From: Octopus sinensis
Taxonomy: Eukaryota
Assembly (NCBI RefSeq): GCF_006345805.1
Contig: NC_043015.1
Span: 27,962,001-28,026,000 of the forward strand
DNA: 64,000 bases
Direction of reading: 5' to 3'
Below the pieces are notes generated by a model. The model did no database searches. It worked only from the letters and a program-made list of their open reading frames with translations, and was not told where the DNA came from. Shown here in pieces: positions 35,904 through 47,508 of the stretch. Each line of letters begins with the position of its first letter. Within the stretch, counting starts at the first letter, position 1. Both the position numbers and the translations under genes were made by a program.

Positions 35904-36558
35904 TTTTTGAAATAAAAACTGTGGTTGAAAAATATGAAGAAATTTGTTTCTGTTGGTTAAGAACAGATTGATTGTGTGATGGAGGAAATTTTTTAGGAAG
36001 AATGTGTCAAATTGTGTAACATTGAGTGTCGGTGAAACTTGGATAGTAAAATCATGAATTAGTTGGCTATTAGAGATAAATATATTAATTAGATGTGCAT
36101 TGTAGATTTGGGAAGCATGTTGAGTGAAATGAAATGATTTAAAAACTATGTCTAATCACAAGGTTAACTTTTTTATTTCAGAATTTTCTTACTCCACGTC
36201 TTCACTTCATGGCTGTACTTCTTGCATCTTTTTTGTAACCCAACAGGCCTTGCCCCCCTGCATAGTCAATACCAATGCAGTCATTTCATACTGCTTATTT
36301 CTCTATTTCATGCAACATATTTTTTAATTATTTCATTTCACTCAACATGCTTCCCAAATTTACAATGTACATCTAATTAATATACTTATCTCTAATAGCC
36401 AACTAATTCATGATTTTACTATCCAAGTTTCACTGACATTCAATATTGCACTCTTGGCACATTCTTCATAAAAAATTTCCTCCATCACACAATCACTGTT
36501 CGTAACCAACAGAAACAAATTTCTTCATATTTTTCAGTCACAGTTTTTATTTCAAAAA
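35904..36558. repeat. Long inverted repeat with arms of about 245 bp and a 163-bp spacer
   Basis: 35904-36151 aligns to the reverse complement of 36315-36558 at roughly 90 percent identity by eye. Confidence 0.92.
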
Positions 36559-36757
36559 GAATTAATTATACTATCTCCTTCATCCTCGCTAACGATTCTT
36601 GCCTTGATTGTGGTAGGTGAGTTTGCTTATCCCTACAATATAAAGAGCTATACAGGCAGGAGTAAAACCCTGCCGCAGTAAATAAGAATCACCACCAAAA
36701 GCTTTGTAAAGCAGTACAACAGATGTACAGTTTTGGCAAAGGAACCGTTTACAATGG

Positions 36758-37280
36758 CAGTATTTCTCAGCATGGGCAGTTATAGCCCTACTCCCTGGGA
36801 GGCAGTGGAAAAAGTTTATATGGGCTCTGACTAGAGGAGGGAGGCAAGGAAGGAGGTAGACATCTTTTAATTTTCAAACATATTTTTGATTTTTATTGTG
36901 TGTGTAATATGAATGGATGAAATGTTGCTTTGACATTCCAAGTAGTCTTTTAACCCTTTTGTTACCGTATTTATTTTGAGATGCTCTGTGTTTCTTTCAA
37001 TTAATTTTAAATATAACAAAGAATTTAGTAAAATAACTTCGTTATCATTCAGCTAGTGTTAGGAACATAAATTGTGACTAAGGTTTGGTGGAAGATTTTA
37101 ATTCAATACTTATAAAAACAAGACATTTGTACTACAGAGCCAGAGCCGGTTTCAGCCGGGTTGGTATCAAAAGGGATCTGTCAGCACCAATTTTTTATTT
37201 AGCTGAATTGTAGCAATTGGGTACTGAAGTGTTAGTAACACAAAAGGGCCAACAGTAACAAAGAAGTTTGAGAAATATTA
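36758..37280. mobile_element. hAT-type MITE containing a nested family-E MITE (36950-37175)
   Basis: Outer TIRs CAGTATTTCTCA and TGAGAAATATT. Inner element TTAA-CCCTTTTGTTACC...GGTATCAAAAGGG. Confidence 0.6.
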
Positions 37281-38345
37281 ATTTAAAGTAATGATCAATT
37301 GGGAACTTACAATACGTTGCAAGATAACATTAACTAGGATTACCTTATTTCCAAAAATCAATTGTTAACATCTATAGAATTTGCTACTACAGATGTGATT
37401 TAGCTGCAGAAAGACTTGAATCCCATCAAGCTTGACCTGATGATAATCATTGTGATGACTTATTCTTCACATTCCTGATACTACAAGAAATTCACAATTT
37501 CAAATCCTCGGCAAATAGGAAATCTGAAGTTTCAGTTTTTCTACTTGTCTACTTAAACGTCTACTCATTATTTGAAACATTCATTGAAGTAACAATACGA
37601 TATTGAATTGCTCCGCCGACTCTTTTCTTCCATCTTCCAGCTACTTTAATAACCTAAGCAGTCTACTATTCCATCAGTCACTTTAATTATACCAATTACA
37701 GTTTGTATCCTTCTGTGCTAAAAGTACACCAACAAGCTCCTTATTTCAATATTATTATCCACCGAGAATTTATAGATATGTTCCTTCTCATCAGTTACAT
37801 TGCTTAAGGTAATTCGGTACCTCATTTCCTGTACATATCTATTACTTCCCTCAATCTTACTTCTCATTATTCTTCCATTAATACTGTTGACCTAAAAACT
37901 ACTAAACAGATAAGTAAATTTCAAGAGTCTTAACTTTCCTAATGAAAAATTACATTGTAATAAAGTATCTAATAATAGATCCCAAGAAAGACTAAAGCAT
38001 GCCTTTCCTTTTAAGTAAAAAAAAAAATACAATTTACTTTTCAACATATTTCTCTGAAATAATCCATTAAATAAAGTAAACCATGTAAAATGCAATTTGT
38101 AATTTAATTAAAATAAAACAAAAAAAAACACAAAAATCCTAAATGAAAGTTTAACTACTACAAGTATCCTTCAACATCCATAATTTCTTTAAAAATATAT
38201 ATAAAAGTGTCAAATTATCATTTTGATGTGCTACTGCAGAGTGCACACACTTTTTCAGCATGCAAGCTACTTATAAAATGACCAAGTCAAAATGATCTAC
38301 CAACTATAAAAATGCAAAACATATATTTATTTATAAATGTATTGA

Positions 38346-38772
38346 GAATCGAAATCGATCAACATCAATGGAAATTGCAGCTGTGATACCAGTGCCGGTG
38401 GCACGTAAGAGAACCATCCGAACGTGGCTGTTGCCAGCGCCGCCCTGACTGGCCTTGTGCCGGTGGCACGTAAAAAGCACCATCCGTTCGTGGCAGTTGC
38501 CAGCCTCGCCTGGCTCCCATGCCAGTGGCACGTAAAAAGCACCAACCGATTGTGGCCGTTTTCCAGCCACGTCTGGCACCTGTGACGGTGGCACGTAAAA
38601 AGGACTCACTACACTCACGGGGTGGTTGGCATTAGGAAGGGCATCCAGCCATAGAAACATTGCCTGATCAGACTAGGCCTGGTGCAGCCTTCTGGCTTCC
38701 CAGACCCCAGTTGAACTGTCCAACCCTTGCTAGCATGGAAAGCGGACGCTAAATGATGATGATGATGATGAT
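38346..38772 (+). mobile_element. RTE 3' UTR fragment (family B)
   Basis: Four GTGGCACGTAA modules and a (GAT)n tail. Confidence 0.9.
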
Positions 38773-39595
38773 TGAGGATTCTTTATATGTACAATATATG
38801 TTGGTGTACCTTGCATAACTGCATGAACCCATATTGCACAATACAACTCTGTATATTTTTTGTCATTACCTTACTCTGATGACTTGCACTGAATGGAATC
38901 AGCCAGGTATGCATTGTCTGGAGAGTAACTCCTGGTAGCTAACCTCAAGCACACTTGCAAATGATCATCAGTCATGGTGGAAAGTATTTGGACTTAATAA
39001 TCTTCATGTGGGGAAAGGCTGACTCATATAAATAAGTGGAGCAGAATAATACAGTCAAGGTGGTAGTACATCATCTCATGGGGTACTTTTCCTCTGAGAG
39101 TAAGTTCCAGAACTGTCCATGGGCCTTGGACTAGAGCTGAATGTCAGCCTGTAGTGTCAAAATCTCATCCTCCACTCCAGAAGAGGTCAGGTGAAACAGT
39201 GTTGCAATTTTTGATGCAAATGAAGCAACCTCAGCATCTTCTCGAAAACGGTAGCACATGATTGATTGATTGATTGATTGATTGATTCTAGTTTCAGCTT
39301 ATGAGCTGTGGCCATGCTGGGGCACCGTGTAGAACTGCAAAATCGACTCTAAGTAAATATTTTTAAAGTCTGGTAGTTAATCTATCAGTTTCTTTTGCTA
39401 AACCACTAAGAGTGATGCAAACAAACCGACACTGGTTGTCAAGCAGTTGTGGGGGAACACACACACACACACACACAAAAGACAAACTTCCACACAATTT
39501 CCATCTACCAAATTCACTCACAAGGCATTGGTTGGCCCAAGGTCACCACAGAAGACACTTGCCCAAAGTGCAGTGCAGTGGTATTGTCTATGAAA

Positions 39596-40199
39596 GGCGG
39601 CGAGCTGGCAGAATCGTTAGCACGTTGGGCGAAATGCGGAGCCGTATTTCGTCTGCCGTTACATTCTGAGTTCAAATTCCGCCGAGGTCGACTTTGCCTT
39701 TCATCCTTTCGGGGTCGATAAATTAAGAACCAGTTACGCACTGGGGTCGATGCAATCAACTTAATCCGTTTGTCTGTCCTTATTTGTCCCCTCTATGTTT
39801 AGCCCCTTGCGGGTAGTAGAGAAATAGGTATTTCGTCTGTCGTTACGTTCTGAGTTCAAATTCCGCCGAGGTCGACTTTGCCTTTCATCCTTTCGGGGTC
39901 GATAAATTAAGAACCAGTTACGCACTGGGGGGGACGATATAATCGACTTAATCCGTTTGTCTGTCCTTGTTTGTCCCCTCTGTGTTTAGCCCCTTGCGGG
40001 TAGTAAAGAAATAGGTATTTCGTCTGTCGTTACGTTCTGAGTTCAAATTCCACTGAGGTCGACTTTGCCTTTCATATCCTTTCGGGGTTGATAAATTAAG
40101 AACCAGTTATGCACTGGGGTCGATATAATCGACTTAATCCCTTTGACTGTCCTTGTTTGTCCCTTCTGTGTTTAGCCCCTTGTGGGCAGTAAAGAAATA
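39596..40199 (+). mobile_element. SINE family C trimer (one head plus three bodies) with a 16-bp TSD, nested in a decayed SINE A
   Basis: Units start at 39644, 39828 and 40015. TSD GGTATTGTCT(A/C)TGAAA at 39580-39595 and 40200-40215. Confidence 0.9.
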
Positions 40200-40862
40200 G
40201 GTATTGTCTCTGAAACCAAGTGGTTGCATAGCAACCTTTTTAGCAAGTCCAGCATACCTGTATTTCTAAACAATATACAAAAGACATTTAAACGGCATTA
40301 AGTATTCAGACAGTAAGACCGTATTTACATATTTATGTTTCATCTAATAACAGGAAGAAAAGATTTTTTTCTTTTAAATGCATAACAGACAGACTCATCA
40401 ACAATAGAATTCACACCTATGAGATTGCTTATATTGCTTGTGACTAGACACACACATTAGTAGGTTGGAAATTCTAGCATCTGCAGCAGAAAGTGATATT
40501 TATTAACTGTCTAATGCCGTTTGACAGAAGACGTCTAAAAAATATTCTCTTGAGAGGACTTAGAAAAACCATTAAACTTCAAGTTTGTAGTTGATATTCA
40601 TTCAGTAAACTCAGAGAGATTATAGGTTAATGCTCACTGTTGACTATCAAATATTAAATTTAACTCTGAATAATAAAACATAATAAATGTTTGTTATGAT
40701 TTAAAGCATTTCAATTTTAAATCAATGTTAATTTTATTCTTGAAGGCATTTCAATGTGAATCATACTAAATTATTCTGAATAAATTTCAACAGTTTCAAC
40801 ATTCCTATACACTACATTACCATCAATCAAATGGAAAATATATATATAAAATAAAAAAAAAA

Positions 40863-41276
40863 AGGTGAGCTGACAGAAACGTTAGCACACCAGGCAAAAT
40901 GCGTAGCCATATTTTGTTTGCCGTTACGTTCTGAGTTCAAATTCCGCCGAGGTCGACTTTGCCTTTCATCCTTTCGGGGTCGATAAATTAAGTACCAGTT
41001 ACACACTGGAGTCGATGTAATCGACTTAATTCATTTGTCTGTCCTTGTTTGTCCTCTCTATGTTTAGCCCCTTGTGGGTAGTAAAGAAATATGTATTTCG
41101 TCTGCCGTTACGTTCTGAGTTCAAATTCTGCCAAGGTCGACTTTGCCTTTCATCCTTTTGGGGTCGATAAATTAAGTACCAGTTACGCACTGGGGTCGAT
41201 ATAATCGACTTAATCCGTTCGTCTGTCCTTGTTTGTCCCCTCTGTGTTTAGCCCCTTGTGGGCAGTAAAGAAATAG
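40863..41276 (+). mobile_element. SINE family C dimer
   Basis: Head plus two bodies. The second unit starts GTATTTCGTCTG at 41093. Confidence 0.9.
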
Positions 41277-42268
41277 GCTGACATACAGACAGACACAGAC
41301 AGTGTTGCATTCTAGTGATTCCTTACAGTAAGCTTCATGCTCCTTCTGAGGCAATTATCAGTGGACGTCATTTTCATCAGATGTCTATTGGCACTATTTT
41401 GAACTGAGAGAAAGAGGGAGATTGGAAGAGCAAGGTGATAAAAGCAGAAACTAAAAAAAAACACTAATTGAGAAAATAATGAGGAGTTAGGTAAGAACTG
41501 TACATTGGAGAATAGTATGAATGATTTGTAGTTTTTGTTGCTATTATTATTATTATTTTTTTTTTTTATTATTATAACTACTTCACAAAAATAACAGAAA
41601 TGAAATTAACATTTTTCTTGGCATCGTCAGCCTTAACCAGCAGAATAAGCTCCTGCCAAAATATTCAGAATATTAAAGATACTGAGATTGTATGTAATAG
41701 GCTTGATTAACCAAAGTCAGAACTGAAAAGAAATAGATGTCAAAACACTGTGAGTTTTTGAGTAGGAGCAGATCAATTAATCATGTCAAAAGCTGATTTT
41801 TCTTGTTTTCTGTATTTTTTTTTTTTTGGTCTTTGATTGTTTTTAAACAGAAAGGTATTGCTTCGAAGACCGAGTAAATACTATCAAAAAACCAGGAGAG
41901 AAATTTATTTCTATTTATGTAATTGATAAGCAGATAGACGAAATGTAGGGGTCTGGGTCTCTTAAGATTTTTTATATGACATGTAGTGTTGTGGGGAAAA
42001 TGCCAAGTACACCTCTCTGAGCAAGATCTAAATCTATATTTGGCAACATTTTAAAGTCTTCTATAATTGATGCATGCTATAAATTACATAGGTCATTCGT
42101 GACTCACTGGCCGTCTGGAGGCAACACTACTTGCGAGAAAGACAAACTGTTTCTTTTACTTTCTTGCTACCAGTTTACTATGTAAATCATCAACTGCACG
42201 AATTTGTAAAGCTGTCGTTAATCACCGTTGCTAATACATTATATTTCACCAAATTTTACCACTATAAA

Positions 42269-42453
42269 AGGCGCAGGAGTGGCTGTGTGGTAAGTAGCTT
42301 TCTAACCAACCACATGGTTCAGGCCCACTGCGTGGCATCTTGGGCAAGTGTCTTCTGCTATAGCCCCGGGCCGACCAATGCCTTGTGAGTGGATTTGGTA
42401 GACGGAAACTGAAAGAAGCCTGTCGTATATATGTATATATATATATATATGTA

Positions 42454-42506
<53 letters not shown>

Positions 42507-42712
42507 TTGTGTTTGTCCTCCTAGCATTGCTTGACAACCGATACTGGCGTGTTTACGTCCTCGTCACTTAGTGGTTCGGCAAAAAGGGACCGATAGAATA
42601 AGTACTGAGCTTACAAAAAAAAAGAATAAGTCCCGGGGATCGATTTGCTCGACTAAAGGCGGTGCTCCAGCATGGCTGCAGTCAAATGACTGAAACAAGT
42701 AAAAGAGTAAAA
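42269..42712 (+). mobile_element. SINE family A
   Basis: Full-length match to the family consensus. Confidence 0.92.
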
Positions 42713-43886
42713 TGCTAAATGCATTCTCTGTAAACAAGTGGAATAACATTATAATAAAGCTATAAAACATTGCAGTTATGAAGGTAGTACTGCCAGATAA
42801 TATATATCGAGAGAGAGAGTGAATATGCTTTACTATAAATGCAATAATAAATAGCTGAAGATTTAGATACATTGTATAAAGTCCATAAAAAAAAAAAGTA
42901 GTTTATTGTAATGAGAGGTTGTACGTTCCTAGACTAATCAATAATAAGTTGATTATAATTGCTTCTTGAGAGAATATGTACTATGCTGGAGGGATTCAGT
43001 CAACTTAGTGAATAACCTACATATATGATGTTCTGCTTATCAACAACACACAGGCAAAAATATTCATGTTCTACTTTCAGACTACTAACATCTGTTTGGA
43101 GAATGAAATAGAGATTATATACAAAGATTTCAGCTGAAACACAATTGTTTAAAATGTCAAAAGGCAACCACCAGTAATGCATGTGCATATGTGCGTGTGT
43201 ATGCACACATGCGCAGTAAAACACACACACACACACACAAAAAGAGAGGGAATAAATGAAATATGTATTGATAGAGATTTAGATGGATGGAACGAAATAT
43301 TTTTTTTCTTCTTCTGATGCAACTATTGATAACATCACAAAAAAAAAAAAAAAAAAAAGAAGGTAGATAGATAAAAACCAAATTCTTAAGTTAAATTAAT
43401 GTCAACTATTTATTTCTAAAGCAGGCAGGTCAATTATTTCTATTACAAATGTGAGCTTAATTAGTCTGATTCAGAAAGAAATGTAAAGAAGGGAAGGCTT
43501 CTATTTAAATCTTCTGACAATTTAAAATAGCACAGAACTCCTGCTGCAGTTTTTTTTTTACGGTAAAACAGAAAATGACTTCACTGACATTACAGTAGTT
43601 ACCATTTACAATGTTTTCCAACCTCTCTGAAATAGCAATCCAGTAGTCTTGTTACCCAGTGTGTTAGCAATCGGTAGGTATGACGAAACACAATCTCGTA
43701 GCTGCCCAAACTTGGTACAAAAACGGGAAATTTAATGACCAGTCAAAAAGTGCTTTATCTTCGGTTACTGCATTAAATACTGGATGTAGCAGATGACCCC
43801 ACAACAGGTGAAATATGATCCTTTTATTTGTTACTGAAGACCAGCAGCTAATGACTTACTAAAAGGCTCTGTTTGCTGCAATACTA

Positions 43887-44092
43887 CTTTACTCTTTTAC
43901 TTGTTTCAGTCCTTTGACTGTGGCCATGCTGGAGCACCACCTTTAGTCGAGCAAATCGACCCCAGGACTTATTCTTTGTAAGCCCAGTACTTATTCTATC
44001 GTTCTCTTTTGCCGAACCGCTAAGTGACGGGGACGTAAACACACCAGCATCGGTTGTCAAGCAATGCTAGGGGGACAAACACAGACAAACAT

Positions 44093-44123
<31 letters not shown>

Positions 44124-44293
44124 CATATATACGACAGGCTTCTTTCAGTTTCCGTCTACCAAATCCACTAACAAGGCTTTGGTCAGCCCTAGGCTATAGC
44201 AAAAGACACTTGCCCAAGGTGCCACACAGTGGGACTGAACATGGAACCATGTGGTTGGTTAGCAAGCTACTTACCACGCGGCCACTCCTGCGC
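43887..44293 (-). mobile_element. SINE family A
   Basis: Full-length match to the family consensus. Confidence 0.92.
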
Positions 44294-44807
44294 AAACAAA
44301 AAAACTAGTCCAACTTCAGACAGAAAACTGCATAACTGCGTATTTCAGATGGACATTGTGTTTATCTTTCAGTTATTTGATAACTCAATATTTCAATCAC
44401 ACAACTTCCTACTAAATGAAACACTAAGCCAACAAAGAAACATTAAACATGTTTCAACATGCTTTGGCCTTGCCTTGTTATTTCAACTCCTGATAGAGTT
44501 GTAGGTGACACTGTTATGACTTACAGCTCATCTTGGTCAAACTTAAGATCTCGTGAAGCCCATCCCTCTCCAAATCTGATCACAGCTGATTTGCATGTGA
44601 CTGGGGGGGGGGCACATGTCAACTTGTATTACCACTTAGATTCCCACTCGTTGGTTGGAGCCAGTTCAACATATTCCAGGTGAATGCTACCACAGGAACA
44701 AGTATAAATAAGTACAACTAATTTGTGAAGAGAGAAAGAGACAGACAGACAGCAAGACAGAAAGAGAAGAACAGACCCTAACAGAGAAGTGGTACTTTAT
44801 TGACTCT

Positions 44808-45040
44808 AGGGCGGTGAGCTGGCAGAAACGTTAGCACGCCGGGCGAAATCCGTAGCCGTATTTCATCTGTCGTTATGTTCCAAGTTCAAATTCCGCTGAG
44901 GTCGACTTTGCCTTTCATCCTTTTGGGGTCGATAAATTAAATACCAGTTACGCACTGGGATCAATGTAATCGACTTAATCCCCTTGTCTGTCCTTGTTTG
45001 TCCCCTCTGTGTTTAGCCCCTTGTGGGTAGTAAAGAAATA
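44808..45040 (+). mobile_element. SINE family C monomer with a 17-bp TSD
   Basis: TSD GGTACTTTATTGACTCT at 44791-44807 and 45041-45057. Inserted into an older, oppositely oriented C-like copy. Confidence 0.92.
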
Positions 45041-45125
45041 GGTACTTTATTGACTCTGAAAGGCAAAGTTAACTTCAGCAATATTTGAACTCAGAGTATA
45101 GAGAGCCAAACTGAACACTGTAAGA

Positions 45126-45696
45126 CCGTGTTTCTGAACCATTTTTTTACCATTTTGATTTCTATGTTATTTGAGTGGACCCTCCTAGCCATTAAAAAAA
45201 ATCTACTATAGTTTTATAATTAAATATTATTAGGAATAGTATAAGAAAAATTGTTACAATATACGCGCCTTCATTGGTCAGTTAAAGTTGAGACAGTGTC
45301 ACGTGACAACTTGCTGGGGCTGCCTGCTGGAGCCTATCAGCAAGTATTTAAAGGGGAAAAATTTGACAAAACAGTCAGTTGCCTGCTGACACTCTTTGAC
45401 GCTACATCGGAGAGGCCAGGGAACAGAAGAAAGAAGACGTGCACCCAACACCAGAGCTGAAGATACCTCCGAAATGAGGGGGCCCCGCCACGTCAAAACG
45501 GTAGAGAAGTAGGGGCCGAAACCGGACGTGGTTCCTCCTGATGATGTCTTGAGCTAACTGAATCCTAAAAAAGGGGCTGTTGTGGTGGCAGACCATGAAA
45601 CACGGTTGAAATTCCTGTACTGTAGAAGTATAACCAGTTTATTGGAGATAAATTTTAACAGCAAAGCCTTATGTGGACCTCAGTTGAGAACCACTG
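45126..45696. mobile_element. hAT-type MITE interrupted by a GC-rich Penelope-like insert of about 350 bp (45263-45616)
   Basis: The flanks align to the reverse complement of 29125-29373. The insert carries CTGANGA and GAAA hammerhead-like cores. Confidence 0.7.
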
Positions 45697-46078
45697 TTGT
45701 GAGGTAATCTATCTGATGCATTAGCATCCATGCCAAAGTACTTATGCTTGGAATAAAAGCAAACTGAATTTGATTGTTTGTTTACATCTGAATCTAAAAC
45801 CTCTAACAATTCTGGTATTTGTTGTCTGTATAGAGGATTTGAGTAACATTATATTTCTGGCACGACCAATACTACTTAACCAATCACTGCTGTATTTAGA
45901 AGAAAAGGTCACGAAATTAGTCATCAATAATAATAAATAATAAAATGCAGTTTCAACTTGCAAAGCTATTATTAAGTACACCTGTAAGCAGACTTAATTT
46001 CCTCATAATTGAAGCTTTGTAGCAACACACACACATATGTAACGACACTGATGGTAATTAGAGATTTAACAACCTTTC

Positions 46079-46134
<56 letters not shown>

Positions 46135-46549
46135 TATGCACACACTGATACTAGCTTACCTATTTATACTATTCACTATAAGCAGATAACTGCAGCATGG
46201 CTGCACTGAACTGGATACATATTTTCTGTTGGTGTCAATATTCAATATTTTAATAAAAAAAAAAGCAAGTTTTTACTTAGAGTACAACATACAGATGGCA
46301 TTTTATAGTCAAGAGAATATCTTTATTCTGCACAAAAGAAGAAAAAAAAAAGACTTCAACAAAGATCCTTAGTTTGTAGATGTTTTTTTTTATATATATA
46401 TTTCTATTAAGCCCCAAGGTTGGTCTTAAGTGAAGACACCTACGATCAAAATCAAATTTACTTATAACTACATCACGCAGAGTGCAACTTAGCAGCTTTT
46501 CCTTCCTTATAGGTCAAGCAACCACACAGAGGCTTGGTAATTTACTTTA

Positions 46550-46780
46550 TTTCATTTCATCTAGTTTCAGTTCACGAGCTGTGGCCATGCTGGGGCACCG
46601 CCATTTATGAGAGAAAGTTGTGACGAAAGAGTCAGTAGAAGTTCGCCATTACTTACTGCTGGAGCGCGTGGAGCTTAGGTGTTTTGCTCATAAACACACA
46701 CATCGCCCGGTCTGAGATTCGAACTCGCGATCCCTCGACCGTGAGTCCGCTGCTCTAACCACTAGGCCATGTGCCTCCAC
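46550..46780 (-). mobile_element. Chimeric SINE: family D head plus family-A-type 3' tail
   Basis: Head matches 47205-47375. Tail GGCGGTGCCCCAGCATGGCCACAGC..CTGAAACTAGA(TGAAA)n matches the family A 3' end. Confidence 0.8.
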
Positions 46781-47204
46781 ATTTAGTTAATAATATGGTA
46801 CAAATAATGTTTCTGCAGAGTCCCGGATCATAAGCATTCCAGCTGTGACTATCCCAGCATTTTCTCAAGCATAATGATAATGTAACCAGGACTTGAGCCT
46901 TTTTCAAGACAGCTGCATGGAAACTGGGATAAGTTCTAGCTTAATAAACACACAGATTCATCATAGAGCTAAAAGGCCTAAGAATTTCCATGTAATACAG
47001 ATTTTATTCAGAATACAGAAAATAGGAAATTTAAAAGGATTTTGAGCATTTTTGTTTGTTTTTGGCATTTATGTTGAGAATAAACTGAGTAAAGCCATCT
47101 TAAATAAAAGAGAGTATGTCAGACAATGTAAGAAAAAAAAGAAGTCTAAGGAAACAAAATCAAAATGGTCAAAGCTGGAATGATTGATTCCAAGCCAGCT
47201 TCAT

Positions 47205-47508
47205 TGTGGAGGCACATGGCCTAGTGGTAAGAGCAGCGGACTCACAGTCGAGGGATCGCAGGTTCGAATCTCAGACCGGACGATGTATGTGTTTATGAGC
47301 GAAACACCTAAGCTCCACGTGGCTCCGGCAGAAGGTAATGGCAAACTTTTGCTGACTCTTTCACCACAACTTTCTCTCACTCTTTCCTCCTGCATCTTGC
47401 AGCTCACCTGTGATGGACCAGCGTCCCGTCCAGGTGGGGAACTTATACGCCAAGAAACCAGGAAACCGGCCCTCATGAGTCAGGCGTGGATCGAGAAGGA
47501 ACAAACAA
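47205..47508 (+). mobile_element. SINE with family D head and an alternative tail, 14-bp TSD
   Basis: TSD CAAGCCAGCTTCAT at 47191-47204 and 47509-47522. A box TGGCCTAGTGGT, B box GGTTCGAATCTC. Confidence 0.92.

Noticed and set aside
46153-46175. Second AG|GTAAG juxtaposition on the minus strand
   Set aside because: No polypyrimidine tract upstream, so it is not a credible ratchet point.
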